Notes: generated from the sequence alone by a model not told the origin. Positions 1 to 9,954 are shown, numbered from the stretch's first letter. The stretch is DNA of 64,000 bases from an uncultured SAR86 cluster bacterium (GCA_902516285.1 CABXXT010000005.1:26064-90063), one strand, 5' to 3'. Translations and numbers: made by a program.

Positions 1-339
1 GAAATTTCAATTTGTTCAGAAACCACTATTTCAGAACTTAAGGGTGGCCAAATAAGTGAATATAAAATATCACCAAAAGATTTTGGATTAAATATCTCTT
101 CATTTGATCAAATTTCTGCAAGTTCATCTCAAGAAAGTCTTCTTCATGTAAATAGAGCATTTGAAGGAGAAAAATCTGCAGTTCAAGATATGATCGCATT
201 AAACAGTGGAGCAGCTTTATACGTAGCCAGTATTGTAGATTCAATGAGTGAAGGTGTTGAGATGGCATTTGATTTAATGAATAGCGGTCAAGCAGCACAA
301 AAATTAAGTAGTTATGTAAGAGTCTCAAACGAATCATGA
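1..339 (+). CDS. trpD: anthranilate phosphoribosyltransferase, C-terminal part (5' end outside window)
   Basis: Frame +1 is open from base 1 to TGA at 337-339. The translation (...MIALNSGAALYVASIVDSMSEGVEMAFDLMNSGQAAQKL...) reads like a TrpD C-terminus. The stop overlaps the trpC start (ATGA), and trpD-trpC is the usual order. Confidence 0.8.
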   Translation, partial: EISICSETTISELKGGQISEYKISPKDFGLNISSFDQISASSSQESLLHVNRAFEGEKSAVQDMIALNSGAALYVASIVDSMSEGVEMAFDLMNSGQAAQKLSSYVRVSNES

Positions 340-1091
340 ATATTCTTGACAAGATTGTTTTAAATACAAAAACTAAACTTGAAGAAAAAAAATTACGTAT
401 TCCTTTTAATGAGTTGCTCTCAAAAATTAACCTTGAGAATATCGAACAAAGTAATTTCAAGAAAAACCTCGAAAATAAATCTAAAGCAATCATCGCTGAA
501 ATAAAGAAAGCTTCTCCAAGTGCAGGAGTAATAAGTGAAAATTTTGACGCAATTTCGAAAGCTAAAGAATATGAATCATTTGGTGCTTCAGCTCTCTCCA
601 TTCTTACAGAAGAAGATTATTTTTTAGGAAGTATCGAATATCTTAAACAAGTAAAAGCTATAACCAACCTGCCTATATTAAGAAAAGATTTTATTATTGA
701 TGAGTATCAAATTTATGAATCAAAATTAATTGGAGCCGATTGTATTTTACTTATTGCTTCTATATTGAATGACAATGAGTTATTTACATTCTCTGAAACA
801 GCAGAAAAACTCGGCTTAGATTTCATCATTGAAGTGCATGATGAAAATGAACTTTCAAGAGTAGAACAATTTTCAAATGCACTTATTGGGGTTAACAATA
901 GAAATTTAAAAACTTTTGAAGTTGATCTAAATAACTCTATTAAATTGAAAGAAATATTTAAAGGAAATAACATTTTTATTGCAGAATCAGGTATTAAAAG
1001 TTTTAAAGATATAGAAATACTTCAAGAACATAATATTAATGTTTTTTTAATAGGCGAAAGTTTAATGAAAGGAGATTTCTTTGAAACTTAG
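336..1091 (+). CDS. trpC: indole-3-glycerol phosphate synthase
   Basis: 251-aa ORF with IGPS-type motifs (IIAEIKKASPSAG, LPILRKDFIIDEYQIYES, GVNNRNLKTFEV, ESGI). It follows trpD with an ATGA overlap. Confidence 0.93.
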   Translation: MNILDKIVLNTKTKLEEKKLRIPFNELLSKINLENIEQSNFKKNLENKSKAIIAEIKKASPSAGVISENFDAISKAKEYESFGASALSILTEEDYFLGSIEYLKQVKAITNLPILRKDFIIDEYQIYESKLIGADCILLIASILNDNELFTFSETAEKLGLDFIIEVHDENELSRVEQFSNALIGVNNRNLKTFEVDLNNSIKLKEIFKGNNIFIAESGIKSFKDIEILQEHNINVFLIGESLMKGDFFET

Positions 1092-2250
1092 GGAATGGCA
1101 AGAGAAAGCTTTCCCCCTTTGGTGGGTCAAAAAAAGAGGAATCATTAAAGTTGTAACAGGAGGTGGTAAAACATTTTTTGCTATTCACTGTATAAAAAAA
1201 TATTTAGAAGTAAATCCTGAAAAATTAATTTTAATTGTTGTCCCTTCAATTGCACTTCTTGATCAATGGTATGAGAGCCTATCTCAAGAATATAGTAATA
1301 AAGATATTTCCCTAAATGGTGGAGGAGAACAAACGAACAAACTTACAAAAATATGTATATCTACAATAGATTCTTTAAAAAATGTTATTGATGAAGTTGA
1401 TTGTCAAAATACATTACTTATTGTTGATGAGTGTCACAAGATAGGTACTGAAAAAAGAGGAGATATGCTCACAAATAATTGGCACGCAACACTTGGATTA
1501 TCTGCAACACCAGAAAGGGATTATGATGATAATTTTTACACCATAATTACTAAGATCCTTGGCGACATAATTTTTGATTATGACTACATTGACGCAAGAG
1601 AAGATGAAGTAATTGTTAACTTTAAGCTTCTTTATGGCTATGCAGCTTTACTTCCTGAAGAAGAAGACAAATATAAGAAATTTACAAAGAGTATCCAAAG
1701 AAGGGCAGCAACTATTGGCGGTAATGATATGAATGACTATCCTTTGAAAATGCTTATTTTTAATAGGGCAAGATTAGTAAAAAATTCCAAGAATAGAATT
1801 CCTTATGGTTTAGAACTCATACAGAAATATAAAAGAGACAGTTGGATTGTTTTTACTGAAAACAAGAAACAGGCTAAAGAATTCAATAAAATTATTAATA
1901 AAAAAGGATTTAAGTCAGGTATTTATAATACCGATCTTAAAGATGATGAAAGGCAAGAGAATCTTGAGAATTTTAAATCAGGTAAATTGAATGTTTTGGT
2001 TAGTTGCACAGCCCTTGATGAGGGTTTTGATATGCCTGAGGCAGATGGAGCAATGATTTTAAGCGCCTCATCATCAAAAAGACAAAGAATACAACGAATG
2101 GGAAGGGTGCTTCGAATAACAGCAAATAAAGAAAATGCATTAATAGTAACAGTCTATTCTTCAAAAACTGAATATGAAAAACTACGAGAAGAATCAAATA
2201 GATACAAACTAGAGGGTGTACCAGTTAAGTGGCAGCAAATGAGTCTATAA
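1081..2250 (+). CDS. stand-alone superfamily-2 DNA/RNA helicase (ResIII/SSL2-like core, no accessory domain)
   Basis: 389-aa ORF with Walker A TGGGKT, DExH box VDECH, motif III SATP and motif VI QRMGRVLR. The TTG start lies 6 nt after AAGGAG and overlaps the trpC 3' end by 11 nt. Confidence 0.8.
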   Translation: MKLREWQEKAFPLWWVKKRGIIKVVTGGGKTFFAIHCIKKYLEVNPEKLILIVVPSIALLDQWYESLSQEYSNKDISLNGGGEQTNKLTKICISTIDSLKNVIDEVDCQNTLLIVDECHKIGTEKRGDMLTNNWHATLGLSATPERDYDDNFYTIITKILGDIIFDYDYIDAREDEVIVNFKLLYGYAALLPEEEDKYKKFTKSIQRRAATIGGNDMNDYPLKMLIFNRARLVKNSKNRIPYGLELIQKYKRDSWIVFTENKKQAKEFNKIINKKGFKSGIYNTDLKDDERQENLENFKSGKLNVLVSCTALDEGFDMPEADGAMILSASSSKRQRIQRMGRVLRITANKENALIVTVYSSKTEYEKLREESNRYKLEGVPVKWQQMSL

Positions 2251-2257
2251 TATTTCT

Positions 2258-2815
2258 ATGGCCTTAACTTATTCAAGTATGCTAGATCTTCAAACGGATC
2301 TAATTAAGTTTGAATTATTAAATTCATTAACCAACAAAAGCTTTTCTTCTGATTCACTTGATAACGAAAAACCATCTTTAATAATGTTTATCTGTAACCA
2401 TTGTCCATATGTCATTCATTATCATGAAGAGCTCGTTAAGCTTGCAAAAGATTATGTTGAAAATATTAATATGATTGCAATTAGCTCAAATGACATTATT
2501 CATTACCCGGAAGATAGACCAAGCAAAATGAAAGAATTGTGGAGCTCTCTTGGTTTGTCATTTCCTTATTTGTTTGATGAAACACAAGACATAGCTAAAA
2601 AATATAAAGCAGAATGCACACCAGAATTCTATTTATTTAATCAAAAACAAAAACTTGTCTACCGAGGAAGAATGGATGAAACATCTCCTGGATCCAATAG
2701 TAAACCGTCTGCAAAAGATTTAAGGTCAGCTATAAATAGTCTACTTATGAATGAACCTATTTCAGATGATCAACTTCCATCAATGGGATGCAACATAAAA
2801 TGGAAAGCTAACTAG
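2258..2815 (+). CDS. thioredoxin-fold (AhpC/TSA / redoxin-like) protein
   Basis: 185-aa ORF with CxxC motif CNHCPY in a thioredoxin-like context (SLIMFICNHCPYV ... ECTPEFYLFN). No signal peptide is apparent. Confidence 0.7.
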   Translation: MALTYSSMLDLQTDLIKFELLNSLTNKSFSSDSLDNEKPSLIMFICNHCPYVIHYHEELVKLAKDYVENINMIAISSNDIIHYPEDRPSKMKELWSSLGLSFPYLFDETQDIAKKYKAECTPEFYLFNQKQKLVYRGRMDETSPGSNSKPSAKDLRSAINSLLMNEPISDDQLPSMGCNIKWKAN

Positions 2816-4226
2816 TCTTGGTGTATCTTTTTCGTCTGCTACCATGTTTAAGATACACTTTTCTTGCTTCATTCTTAAACTCTATACTTTTTCTTATGCC
2901 CCATATTTGATCACGTGCAAATTTTGCAGAGGATTTGAGATCAACTATTTGAGGAATATATGAATCATTTAATTCTGCGTTATGAATTAACTTTGGATCA
3001 AAACTATTTAACTGAGGCAAAAGATTTTTTGTCCACTCTGCATCCGGATCCTGATCCATACTTTGTTTAGATATAGAATATATTCTCGGAAGATTAATCC
3101 CAGTAACGCCACTTTGCATTTGAACCTGACTAATATGTATACCAGGTTCATAATCTGTAAAAAGTTCAGCCAGGCGCGGTGATGTTTTTTGCCATGGTTG
3201 CCAAAGATTATATGATGCAAATGACATTATCATGGCTCGCATTCTAAAATTGATCCAACCATTTTCATTTAAGAATTTCATACATGCATCTAAAAAGGGA
3301 AATCCAGTTTCTCCCTCAATCCATTTTTCGATAATTTCATCATCATATTCAGGTCTGAGGTCATCACACATTCTGTGCATAGAATAAAATTCTAACTCAG
3401 GTTCTGTATGAAGTTTTTGCACAAAATGACAATGCCAATAAAGTCTTTTTTTAAAAGAATATAAATCTTTTTTATTATTTAATTCAGGCAGCATCTTATT
3501 TAGTTGTTGATAAACTTGTCTGATCGAAATAGAGCCATATGTAAAATGAGGAGATAATCTTGAGCAACTTTCTTCAGACTGACTTGGACTGGACATTTTA
3601 ATTCTATAGCCTTTACATCTTTGATCTAGAAAGGTTTCTAGAAGTTCTTTTGCTTTTGAAGTTCCACCTTCTTGAATATTATTCAATCCTGAAAATTCAC
3701 AAGATATCTCATTCTTAAAATCGCTAAATCTTATAAGATTCAACTTATCTTTATTATTTGAAGGTTTTGGTACATCCAATAAATCTGAATTCATAATGTG
3801 ATTCCAATTCTTTGACCAAGTATCTCTATCAAAATTATTTAGCTGAAGACCAAAGTCATCATAAACTGTTATTTTATTTTTAAAATTTTCTTTAAAATTA
3901 TCGAATCCCTCTCGAAAATAATTTACGTCAGTACAATGGTTTATATGTATAGAAAAGTAGTTATAGTTCGTTTCTATCCATTTACCTAAATCATAGAAAG
4001 AACCATTAAATACATTAATTTTTGAGTTCAACTTCTTCAGATCTTCATCTAATTCTTCAAGACAATCATTTGAAAACTTAAGTTGTCTTGAAGATTTACC
4101 ATTAGCTTTCCAGTAATCAACATCATATAAATAGATTACAATAAAATTTGATCTTAATGAGCCATAGTAAAGAGCTGCATTATCAAGCAATCTTAAATTT
4201 CTATTTAAAATAATAATATCTGTCAT
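2808..4226 (-). CDS. cryptochrome/photolyase-family (CPF) flavoprotein
   Basis: 472-aa ORF with an N-terminal photolyase alpha/beta motif (IIILNRNLRLLDNAAL) and FAD-domain motifs (SRLSPHFTYGSIS; TGFPFLDACMKFLNENGWINFRMRAM). The subclass is not resolved. Confidence 0.8.
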   Translation of the reverse strand: MTDIIILNRNLRLLDNAALYYGSLRSNFIVIYLYDVDYWKANGKSSRQLKFSNDCLEELDEDLKKLNSKINVFNGSFYDLGKWIETNYNYFSIHINHCTDVNYFREGFDNFKENFKNKITVYDDFGLQLNNFDRDTWSKNWNHIMNSDLLDVPKPSNNKDKLNLIRFSDFKNEISCEFSGLNNIQEGGTSKAKELLETFLDQRCKGYRIKMSSPSQSEESCSRLSPHFTYGSISIRQVYQQLNKMLPELNNKKDLYSFKKRLYWHCHFVQKLHTEPELEFYSMHRMCDDLRPEYDDEIIEKWIEGETGFPFLDACMKFLNENGWINFRMRAMIMSFASYNLWQPWQKTSPRLAELFTDYEPGIHISQVQMQSGVTGINLPRIYSISKQSMDQDPDAEWTKNLLPQLNSFDPKLIHNAELNDSYIPQIVDLKSSAKFARDQIWGIRKSIEFKNEARKVYLKHGSRRKRYTKTS

Positions 4227-4259
4227 TAATACTCAGATTTTGAAGGACGTTGTCCTAAA

Positions 4260-5582
4260 TTATATTTTTTCGGTAAGGTTTATTTTATAAGTCTCAGTGA
4301 GCGACATTACAGAAATCAAAGTTAATATTGATGCAATTGCAATGTAAACTGATACCCATAAAATATCGAAGTCAGTCCATAGCTTTGCTGCAATAGTTGG
4401 AGCAAAAGCTCCTCCAATAATTGCACCCAATTGGTAGCCAAGAGTCGCACCAGAATACCTTACTTCTGTTGAAAATAATTCTGTAAAGAAAGCTGCTTGC
4501 GGTCCATACATCATACCCAAAAACCCCAACCCAAAAGTAACAGCTAAAGTTATCAACCAAAAATTACCAGTATCAACCAATGGAAAAATTGCAAAGGCCC
4601 ATATTGCAGTTAATAATGCTCCTGTCATAAATATGCCCTTTCTTCCATGTCTATCCGAATAAGCTGAAAAAACAAATTGAACTGGAACCATTATTGCAGA
4701 CCCAATAAGCACAGCAATTAACATATCATCCCGCGACATTTCTGCACTTTTTACTCCATATGCTAATAGAAATGCAACTAGAATATAAAATGTAACTTGA
4801 ATAGATAAAAAAGCTCCTGCAGCAAGAGCAATTCTTTTTGGATAATTTATTATCGCCTCGAGTACTGGAGATTTTTTGATTGGATTTGAAGATGTCTCTT
4901 GATTATTTTTTAGATTTTGTAACTCCTTAAATGCTTTTGTATCTTCCATAGTAATTTGAACATACATGCTGATACCAATTAAAACTGCACTCGCAATGAA
5001 TGGTATTCTCCATCCCCAACTCATAAATGCTTCATCCGAAAGTGATGCACTCGTAGCAATGAATGCCAAATTCGCTAGTATTACTCCCATAGGAGCTCCT
5101 GCTTGTGCATAAGCTCCGTAGTATCCTCTTTGATTTGATGGAGCACTTTCTGTAACTAATAGCATTGCTCCTCCCCACTGACCACCAATTGCAAGACCTT
5201 GTGCAAATCTTAGGGTCGTTAACAGTATCGGTGCCGTAACACCAATCATTGCGTAGGTTGGTAATAAGCCTATTAGTGTAGATGCAATACCCATTAACAT
5301 TAAAGCTGCAACCAATGTCTTTTTTCTTCCAACTTTGTCGCCAAAATGACCAAAAATTATTCCCCCAATCGGTCTCGCTATAAAACCAGCCGCGAAGGTT
5401 AATAAAGATAATATTAATGCAGTCGATTCTGGCACTTCGCCGAAAAAAGCTGAAGGAAAGACTAAAGCAGCAGCTGCTCCATAAAGAAAAAAATCATACC
5501 ACTCTATACTGGTACCAGCCAAAGCAGTGAGTGCGACTTTGCGCATATTTATCTCTTTTGTTTTTAAGGAGTTTTCTTGCAT
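4260..5582 (-). CDS. MFS transporter, metabolite:H+ symporter (ProP/KgtP-like MHS) family
   Basis: 440-aa polytopic ORF with MHS signatures IEWYDFFLYG and GHFGDKVGRKK. An alternative start (MRKVAL..., 5546) is possible. Confidence 0.8.
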   Translation of the reverse strand: MQENSLKTKEINMRKVALTALAGTSIEWYDFFLYGAAAALVFPSAFFGEVPESTALILSLLTFAAGFIARPIGGIIFGHFGDKVGRKKTLVAALMLMGIASTLIGLLPTYAMIGVTAPILLTTLRFAQGLAIGGQWGGAMLLVTESAPSNQRGYYGAYAQAGAPMGVILANLAFIATSASLSDEAFMSWGWRIPFIASAVLIGISMYVQITMEDTKAFKELQNLKNNQETSSNPIKKSPVLEAIINYPKRIALAAGAFLSIQVTFYILVAFLLAYGVKSAEMSRDDMLIAVLIGSAIMVPVQFVFSAYSDRHGRKGIFMTGALLTAIWAFAIFPLVDTGNFWLITLAVTFGLGFLGMMYGPQAAFFTELFSTEVRYSGATLGYQLGAIIGGAFAPTIAAKLWTDFDILWVSVYIAIASILTLISVMSLTETYKINLTEKI

Positions 5583-5591
5583 TTATTTAAA

Positions 5592-6227
5592 TCAAATATA
5601 TGCACTAGTTGATGTCATTACCTTCGCAGTAACTTCCATCACTTTTTTTGTTGGTGATTCTAACTCCTCTGCACCTGATTCATTAGCTTGACCAGCATGT
5701 AAATCTTCATCCGCTTGCATTGTCTTTAAGATCGCAATAGTTTCCTTATCTTTGTGTGAAACTTTATCAAGATGTTTTTGAAGATGTATTACAACTTGTT
5801 TCTCTGTTTCCTCAACGAAACCAAGACTAGTTTTTTCTCCCATTGAGCCAAATATTGCACCAATTGCAAATGAACCGGCATACCATAATGGATTTAAAGC
5901 AGAACTATTACCACCAAGCTCATCCAACCTCTTTTTACACCAAACCAAATGATCAGTCTCTTCGTCACCTGCATGAATTAAGTGTTTTTTTACTTCTGGA
6001 TCTTTGCAAACGAAAGCCTGCCCTCTATATAAAGCTTGGGCTGCCACCTCTCCAGCATGATTTATACGCATAAATTTAATGGAAAGATTTTTTTCCTTTT
6101 GAGACATATCCTCAGAATTTTTTCCTTCAGGTATAGGAGGGTAAACTCTATCAGTACCTGTTTTTTTATCAGATAAAGTTTTCAATGCAATATCTAACTC
6201 GTTAACTATGTTATTTAAAAAACTCAT
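5592..6227 (-). CDS. coq7: ubiquinone biosynthesis hydroxylase Coq7 (diiron 5-demethoxyubiquinol hydroxylase)
   Basis: 211-aa ORF with MRINHAGEVAAQALYRGQ, GDEETDHL and ADEDLH. It aligns by eye along its length with Pseudomonas Coq7. Confidence 0.88.
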   Translation of the reverse strand: MSFLNNIVNELDIALKTLSDKKTGTDRVYPPIPEGKNSEDMSQKEKNLSIKFMRINHAGEVAAQALYRGQAFVCKDPEVKKHLIHAGDEETDHLVWCKKRLDELGGNSSALNPLWYAGSFAIGAIFGSMGEKTSLGFVEETEKQVVIHLQKHLDKVSHKDKETIAILKTMQADEDLHAGQANESGAEELESPTKKVMEVTAKVMTSTSAYI

Positions 6228-7492
6228 TTAATTCCTTTATATCCAATGTCAGTTCTGTAAAAAGCGCCTTCAAAGTGAACTTTGTCTAGAAGATTATATG
6301 CGTTTTGTTGAGCTTCTTTCAAATCTTTTCCAAGAGCAGTCGCACAAAAGACTCTTCCACCATTTGTAAAAATTTTGTTATTTTCAAATTTTGTACCAGC
6401 ATGAAATAGTTTTGAGTTTTCACTTTTATTTTGATCAATACTAACCTCTTTTCCAGATTCATAATTTTCAGGATATCCTTTTGATGCAATAACTACTCCA
6501 CATGAATGTTCTTCAGTCCACTCTATATTATATGAATCAAGATTATCGTTAATTGCTGCTTTACAAAGTTCTACCAAACTTGATTTAAGTCTTAATAAAA
6601 TTGGTTGAGTCTCAGGATCACCGAACCTGCAATTAAATTCAAGTACTTTAATTTCGTTATCTTTTATCATTAAGCCAGCATAAAGAAATCCAAGATAAGG
6701 CGAATTTTCTTGAATTAATCCATGCATAGTTGGATACATGACTTCATCAAGAATTTTTCTATTTATCTCATCAGTAACTACAGGAGCAGGAGAATATGCA
6801 CCCATGCCGCCAGTATTTAAACCCACATCACCATCTCCAACAGCTTTATGATCCTGACTTGTTACCAGTGGAATTATTTTGTCTTTACTTACGACAGCAA
6901 TAAAAGATGCTTCTTCACCTTCTAAAAATTCTTCAATCACAACTTTATTACCCGCAGAACCAAAAGCATTATCTTTGAAAATACTTTGGAGGGCTTCTAT
7001 TGCCTCATTTTTATTTTCACAAATAATTACTCCTTTACCAGCTGCCAATCCATCAGCCTTTACTACGGTAGGGTAATTAATTTCATCAAGATAATTTAAA
7101 GCATCATCAAAACCATCAAATGATTTATATTCTGCTGTCGGTATATGATATTTCACAAAAAAATCTTTAGAAAAAGTCTTTGAGCCTTCAAGTTGAGCAG
7201 CTTCTTTTGATGGACCAAAAGTATCAATACCTTTACTTTGAAGATAATTGGTTAATCCATCAACAAGTGGTTGTTCTGGACCAATGATGACGAGGCTAAT
7301 CTCCTTACTTATACAAAAATTTTCTATGGCGCCAAAATCACTAGCATTAATTTCAACATTACTGATTTTATCCTCAAGATGTGTGCCAGCATTTCCTGGA
7401 CAAACAAAAATATGCTCGACTGAAATATCATGGGCACATTTCCATGCAAGTGCATGTTCTCTGCCACCTGATCCAATAATAAGTATTTTCAT
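6224..7492 (-). CDS. purD: phosphoribosylamine--glycine ligase
   Basis: 422-aa ORF with N-terminus MKILIIGSGGREHALAWK and an ATP-grasp core (EEFLEGEEASF, EFNCRFGDPE). Confidence 0.95.
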   Translation of the reverse strand: MKILIIGSGGREHALAWKCAHDISVEHIFVCPGNAGTHLEDKISNVEINASDFGAIENFCISKEISLVIIGPEQPLVDGLTNYLQSKGIDTFGPSKEAAQLEGSKTFSKDFFVKYHIPTAEYKSFDGFDDALNYLDEINYPTVVKADGLAAGKGVIICENKNEAIEALQSIFKDNAFGSAGNKVVIEEFLEGEEASFIAVVSKDKIIPLVTSQDHKAVGDGDVGLNTGGMGAYSPAPVVTDEINRKILDEVMYPTMHGLIQENSPYLGFLYAGLMIKDNEIKVLEFNCRFGDPETQPILLRLKSSLVELCKAAINDNLDSYNIEWTEEHSCGVVIASKGYPENYESGKEVSIDQNKSENSKLFHAGTKFENNKIFTNGGRVFCATALGKDLKEAQQNAYNLLDKVHFEGAFYRTDIGYKGIK

Positions 7493-9030
7493 TAATGCCT
7501 AAAATGTCTAGTGCCAGTAAATAACATTGCGATATCATTTTCATCTGCTGCCGCTATCACTTCCTCATCTTTAATTGAGCCACCAGGTTGAATTATTGAG
7601 GAAATTCCAGATGAAGCAGCTTTATCTATACCATCCCTAAATGGGAAGAAAGCATCTGAGGCCATTGCAGCACCCTTAACCTCTAATCCTTCTTCCTTGG
7701 CCTTTAAATTTGCTATTTCAGCACTGATAACTCTGCTCATTTGACCAGCTCCAATACCAATAGTCTGCTTATTTTTTACATAAACTATGGCATTGCTTTT
7801 GACAAACTTAGCTACTTTCCATGCAAACATTAGATCATTAATTTCTGCTTCACTTGGCTGTCTCTTTGAAACACACTTTAGATCATCAGCAGCTACACTT
7901 TTGAGATCATCATCCTGAACAAGAATGCCTCCTGAAACTTTTTTTATAGTTCCTGGGTATAAATTGTCTTGTTTTAAATCTACTTTTAAGACTCTTACAT
8001 TTTTTTTATTAGAAAACTCACTAATAGCATCATTTTCATAGTCTGGAGCGATAATAACTTCAACAAACTGTCTTGAATTAATTTCTTTTGCTGTTTTAAG
8101 ATCAACAGGCTTATTAAATGCAATTATTCCTCCAAAAGCAGAGGTTGGATCAGTTTTGAAAGCAAGATCATATGAATCAAAAATAGATTCACTTTCAGCA
8201 ACACCACATGGATTAGCGTGTTTTACAATTACACATGAAGGATTTTTAAACTCTCTCACACATTCCCATGCGGCATCTGCATCGACTATATTATTGTATG
8301 AAAGTTCTTTGCCTTGAATAATATCTGCGTTAGCAATATTTTTATTTTTAAGATTATCAAAAGTAAATAGTGAGGCAGATTGGTGAGGATTTTCTCCATA
8401 TCTTAAAGTAATACTTTTCTGAAAAGCATAATCATGCAAATCTTCTTTATCTTCATTTAAATAATCAGAAATTGACTTGTTATATTGCGCCATTAAAGAA
8501 AAAACTTTTTGTGATAGATTTTTACGTGAATCATATGAAATACCATTATTTTCATTCCACTCATTAATAATCTCTTCATAATCGTCAGGATCTGAAACCA
8601 CAACCACATCTTTGAAGTTTTTTGCTGCAGCTCTAATCATCGTTGGGCCACCAATATCAATTTTTTCAATTGCCTCTTCAAAAGAACAATCACTGGCAAT
8701 TGTTTCTTGAAATGGATACAAATTAACTATTACTAAATCTATACCTTCATACCCTTTCTCTTCCAATAATTCCATATCTGAATCCCTTCTTGCGAGAATC
8801 CCAGCATGTATTTTTGGATGAAGAGTTTTAACTCTTCCATCCATCATTTCCTCAAATCCAGTAAAATCTGATACCTCAATGACGTTGTCAGTAATTTTTT
8901 TTATAGCTTTAAATGTTCCACCGGTTGATAACATCTTGACATTTTTTTTTACAAGAAATTCAACAATTTTTTTTAAATTCGTTTTATCTGAAAGACTTAT
9001 CAAAGCTGTTTTTGGATCGATATAACTCAT
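7492..9030 (-). CDS. purH: bifunctional AICAR transformylase / IMP cyclohydrolase
   Basis: 512-aa ORF with ALISLSDKTNL, GGPTMIRAAAKN and C-terminal FTGTRHFRH. The fis-purH-purD order matches pseudomonads. Confidence 0.95.
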   Translation of the reverse strand: MSYIDPKTALISLSDKTNLKKIVEFLVKKNVKMLSTGGTFKAIKKITDNVIEVSDFTGFEEMMDGRVKTLHPKIHAGILARRDSDMELLEEKGYEGIDLVIVNLYPFQETIASDCSFEEAIEKIDIGGPTMIRAAAKNFKDVVVVSDPDDYEEIINEWNENNGISYDSRKNLSQKVFSLMAQYNKSISDYLNEDKEDLHDYAFQKSITLRYGENPHQSASLFTFDNLKNKNIANADIIQGKELSYNNIVDADAAWECVREFKNPSCVIVKHANPCGVAESESIFDSYDLAFKTDPTSAFGGIIAFNKPVDLKTAKEINSRQFVEVIIAPDYENDAISEFSNKKNVRVLKVDLKQDNLYPGTIKKVSGGILVQDDDLKSVAADDLKCVSKRQPSEAEINDLMFAWKVAKFVKSNAIVYVKNKQTIGIGAGQMSRVISAEIANLKAKEEGLEVKGAAMASDAFFPFRDGIDKAASSGISSIIQPGGSIKDEEVIAAADENDIAMLFTGTRHFRH

Positions 9031-9296
9031 TATTCAATATTATATTTTTTTAATTTTGTTCTAAGAGTTGTTCTGTTAATTCCTAATATTTTTGCAGCTT
9101 TAGATTGATTATTGTTTGAAAATTTCATAACAGCACTTAACAAAGGAGGCTCAACTTCATTAAAAACAAGTTGATATACATCTATTGGAGTATTCTTTTG
9201 ATCAAGCTGATTAAAATATCTTTTCATAGCTTTTCTCACCTCATCTTTCAGAGGTTTTTTTGAGTAGCTATCAAATGAATTAACTTTTTTTTCCAA
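9030..9296 (-). CDS. fis: DNA-binding protein Fis
   Basis: 88-aa ORF collinear with E. coli Fis (KPLKDEVRKAMKRYF..., HTH NQSKAAKILGINRTTLRTKLKKY). The only start upstream of the conserved part is TTG at 9296, so the start is uncertain. Confidence 0.85.
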   Translation of the reverse strand: MEKKVNSFDSYSKKPLKDEVRKAMKRYFNQLDQKNTPIDVYQLVFNEVEPPLLSAVMKFSNNNQSKAAKILGINRTTLRTKLKKYNIE

Positions 9297-9360
9297 AACA
9301 GAAATTTAAATAACAAAGACTAATAAGTTTACAGTTGTTTAAAAATTGCTCAATAGGTTT

Positions 9361-9924
9361 TTAAAGATTTATATCAGTTTTTTGATTACCACCAATTTTA
9401 CAATCTTTTATATAACCATTTTCCAATACTACTTTTGTGATTGAAGTATAGTCAGGAAAAAAATGCATTATTGAATCAGCTTTAACAAAATCACTAACAA
9501 CAGAATTGATCACCATAAAATGAGTAAAAATTATTGTATCTTTCTTGATGTTGCTAATGTTTAAAAAAATATTTTTTTGCCATTGTTGAATTAACAATGG
9601 AAGATCTTTCTTTTTCATCTTAATAATTTTCTTTAGCCATTCTTGTTTCTGATTTAGTTCAATGTTTGATGATGGAATTTCAATAAATGATTCATCAATC
9701 ACTACTTCTTTTTTATATTTTTCTGCTAAAGGCTTTGAGGTTTCAATTGCCCTTAATTTTGGGCTTGAAAGAAAATCATAATTCGATAAATTTGGCAGTT
9801 TTTTATTAGATGTTAAATTTTTTGCTTGATCTTTACCAATTTTACTAAGGCCTGGATCAAGATGATTTTCCCATGATGCAGAGGCTTGACCATGTCTTAC
9901 AAATAATAGATTAATCTCTGACAT
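9361..9924 (-). CDS. histidine phosphatase (phosphoglycerate-mutase-like) family protein
   Basis: It has the RHG motif (LLFVRHGQASASW). I prefer the ATG at 9924 (MSEINLLFVRHGQ) over the longer track ORF starting at 9966, which would overlap rsmE. Confidence 0.7.
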   Translation of the reverse strand: MSEINLLFVRHGQASASWENHLDPGLSKIGKDQAKNLTSNKKLPNLSNYDFLSSPKLRAIETSKPLAEKYKKEVVIDESFIEIPSSNIELNQKQEWLKKIIKMKKKDLPLLIQQWQKNIFLNISNIKKDTIIFTHFMVINSVVSDFVKADSIMHFFPDYTSITKVVLENGYIKDCKIGGNQKTDINL

Positions 9925-9954
9925 ATACTTCCAAGCTATAGCTATAATATTGAA

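Noticed and set aside
38-601. 187-aa ORF on the minus strand
   Set aside because: It is fully antisense to the well-supported trpD and trpC coding frames. Its translation is low-complexity and Leu/Phe/Ser-rich, typical of the reverse frame of AT-rich genes, with no recognisable motif.
1081-2250. The helicase as part of a type I/III restriction-modification or other known defence system
   Set aside because: No methyltransferase, nuclease, specificity subunit or other defence-associated partner lies next to it. The flanks are trpC and a thioredoxin-fold gene. A lone ResIII-like core is not enough for such a call.
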